A stretch of 63,763 bases of DNA, the filler included, from Lama guanicoe (Eukaryota), in NCBI GenBank assembly GCA_013239625.1. It is 207 parts of 207 records of this genome, joined end to end, with 100 filler letters (N's around TTAATTAATTAA, not from the genome) between each part and the next. Parts side by side here need not be neighbours in the genome. Positions count along the whole stretch, not along the records: positions 61,392 to 61,600 come from PNXV01035192.1; positions 61,701 to 61,909 come from PNXV01035193.1; positions 62,010 to 62,218 come from PNXV01035194.1; positions 62,319 to 62,527 come from PNXV01035195.1; positions 62,628 to 62,836 come from PNXV01035196.1; positions 62,937 to 63,145 come from PNXV01035197.1; positions 63,246 to 63,454 come from PNXV01035198.1; positions 63,555 to 63,763 come from PNXV01035199.1; 199 more parts are not named here. One strand, written 5' to 3'. The translations under genes and the position numbers were made by a program. Below are positions 61,392 to 63,763 of this stretch, in pieces (within the stretch, counting starts at the first letter, position 1; each line of letters opens with the position of its first letter). The notes under the pieces were generated by a model. The model ran no database searches and was not told where the DNA came from. It was given only the letters and a program-made list of their open reading frames with translations.

Positions 61392-61600
61392 GAAAGGGTT
61401 GGTTTACTCTCCAAATGAACATTTATGCCGCCTCCCCCAGCCTCTGGGGGTCCATTTGTGGTGGTCCATTTCCACACAGACATTTTTATCAGGACCGCAG
61501 TGCCCCTCAAAAAGGCCTTTCGGACAAAGCCTCTTTTAAGATGGCCCCAGGGCTATTCTGATGCTCTGTTTCTTCAACCACACTGCTTTGTATTCTCCCC
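61392..61600 (+). repeat. Bubble contig B2, near-identical to 59847-60055
   Basis: Same boundaries, five substitutions. Confidence 0.95.
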
Positions 61601-61700
61601 NNNNNNNNNNNNNNNNNNNNNNNNNNNNNNNNNNNNNNNNNNNNTTAATTAATTAANNNNNNNNNNNNNNNNNNNNNNNNNNNNNNNNNNNNNNNNNNNN

Positions 61701-61909
61701 TTTCTCATCTGGAGTTTTGACTGGGAAAGAATCTGCTTCCAAGCTCATTCGGTTGTAAGAATTCATTTCTTTGTGGTTCTAGGACTGAAATGCTTAGCTA
61801 CTTAAGGCCACCTGCAGTTCCCAGATGCATGGCCCCTCTTATAGGTCATCTCACATATAGTTACTTCTTTAATGCCAGAAAAGGAGAGTCTTTCTCTCTA
61901 TCCAGATTG
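61701..61909 (-). mobile_element. MaLR LTR (MLT1-family) fragment
   Basis: CTCATCTGGAG...GAATCTGCTTCCAAGCTCATTC...AGAATTCATTTCTTTGTGGTT.TAGGACTGA. Confidence 0.75.
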
Positions 61910-62318
61910 NNNNNNNNNNNNNNNNNNNNNNNNNNNNNNNNNNNNNNNNNNNNTTAATTAATTAANNNNNNNNNNNNNNNNNNNNNNNNNNNNNNNNNNN
62001 NNNNNNNNNGACCCCAACGATCTAGGACGGAGAAAAGAAAACCCAAGTCACCTGCAGAGTAAAACCCACGGGGACGAGAACACGAGCGACGGGGGTGAAC
62101 AGACGCTGCGCAGCCTGTCCCGAGAAGGGGCGGAGACAGAACCAGATCCTGGAAGGGCTGCAGCAGACGTGGTGACGTGACCAGCGCACTCACGTCAAAG
62201 GCTGCCTAAACTCCAGGTNNNNNNNNNNNNNNNNNNNNNNNNNNNNNNNNNNNNNNNNNNNNTTAATTAATTAANNNNNNNNNNNNNNNNNNNNNNNNNN
62301 NNNNNNNNNNNNNNNNNN

Positions 62319-62464
62319 TGAATTAAAATCCAGTTCCTCGTTCACATGAGCCCCATTTCAAGTGCTCGGTAGCCACGTGAGACCACCCTTCAGGCAGTCA
62401 GACAGCGCACACGTGGAACACGACTGTCGTCACGGAAAATCCTGCTGGACAGCTGTGCTCTAGA
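62319..62464. mobile_element. hAT-Charlie MITE (MER3/MER33-like) fragment
   Basis: CAGTTCCTCG..CAC...CATTTCAAGTGCTC..TAGCCACGTG...GGACAGC, ending at the typical CTCTAGA target. Confidence 0.75.
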
Positions 62465-63763
62465 GAAAAGGATCAAGGCAGGCTCTGAATCCAAAGTTGT
62501 CGTCAGAGAGGAGGAAATGCCTCCTTCNNNNNNNNNNNNNNNNNNNNNNNNNNNNNNNNNNNNNNNNNNNNTTAATTAATTAANNNNNNNNNNNNNNNNN
62601 NNNNNNNNNNNNNNNNNNNNNNNNNNNCCAATACACTAACTCCCAACTCTATTTTCCATCTTAAAATATATCTCCCGCTTGAATTAGGTTCTCTGCTCTC
62701 TGCATACACCAGGCCTATGTCTGCCTCATTCATTCTTCCGGTACCCTTCCCCTGCCCCCTGTACATTTCTAAATCCCAGCATTTCCGGCTTTGAGGTTTG
62801 ATCGCCCCCCTTCTCCTACTGTATAGCATGTGGGACNNNNNNNNNNNNNNNNNNNNNNNNNNNNNNNNNNNNNNNNNNNNTTAATTAATTAANNNNNNNN
62901 NNNNNNNNNNNNNNNNNNNNNNNNNNNNNNNNNNNNTCATATCAAGATTTATAATCCTCTTTCAAAATGTGTTTTAAAATCACTGTAAAGTACTTACACA
63001 TTTTGCTAATTACTTACATTTTGTGTAAATAATTATGTGCTTTCTTTTATTTTATAGTTCTGAGAACCACTGTGACTTTCAGGACTCAGATTTAAACTCA
63101 ATTTTGGCCACTGTCTTAATCAAAATGCTTGATCTGTTTGTGGTCNNNNNNNNNNNNNNNNNNNNNNNNNNNNNNNNNNNNNNNNNNNNTTAATTAATTA
63201 ANNNNNNNNNNNNNNNNNNNNNNNNNNNNNNNNNNNNNNNNNNNNCCCAATTGTTTCCCAATACAGAATGTTTGCCATTATGTAAATGTGGACAATTTGC
63301 TTTGGTTTTGTTTCTTAGTAAGATGTATCAAGTCTGTGGAGACAAAACTTGGTGATTCTGTTCAGTAATGGTTTTGTGAAAAGTCTTCCGCCTTCAGGAG
63401 GAGAGAGGAAAAAGTTGCATTTGTTTATCACCCATTGTGGCCCAGAACTGTGCTNNNNNNNNNNNNNNNNNNNNNNNNNNNNNNNNNNNNNNNNNNNNTT
63501 AATTAATTAANNNNNNNNNNNNNNNNNNNNNNNNNNNNNNNNNNNNNNNNNNNNCCTCTCCCACCACTGCCTTCATTTCACCCTCCACTGCCTCTCGCCG
63601 GCTAGGTTCCTCCCCGTCTCCCAGCTGCAGTCTTCCCCGCACTGCAGACGGCCTGGGCTGTCTCCAGATGCAAATGTGTCTCACTCACCCGCTCAGACTC
63701 CTCCAGGGCTCCCTGCTGACCTTGGGAGGAATGCCCAACGCCTGGCTTTCAAGGTCCTTCTTC

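Overview
This window is not contiguous genomic DNA. It is an artificial concatenation of about 207 tiny unplaced assembly contigs of 208-209 bp, sorted by length. Each is separated by an identical 100-bp linker, N44-TTAATTAATTAA-N44, which places stop codons in all six frames. The inserts are mammalian, most likely camelid (a Vic-1-type tRNA-derived SINE, artiodactyl-type L1 and LTR pieces). Most contigs are unrelated repeat fragments (L1, L2, MIR, MaLR/ERV LTRs, hAT/Tigger MITEs) or anonymous non-coding DNA. Recognisable gene pieces are a transferrin exon, a TRPV5/6 exon, an OR4-family olfactory receptor start, half a tRNA-Ser gene, a decayed ANO6 exon and two distinct decayed ATXN7 copies, one apparently intronless. 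The most interesting signals are: (1) apparent multi-copy ATXN7-derived sequences; (2) a ~248-bp tandem satellite that can be rebuilt from five separate contigs; (3) two contig pairs with exactly 49-nt identical ends, indicating de Bruijn bubbles. Neighbouring contigs are not physically linked, so no operon-like or multi-gene system can be inferred, and the periodic pattern is not a CRISPR array. Gene and repeat names come from my recall of known sequences, not from database searches.
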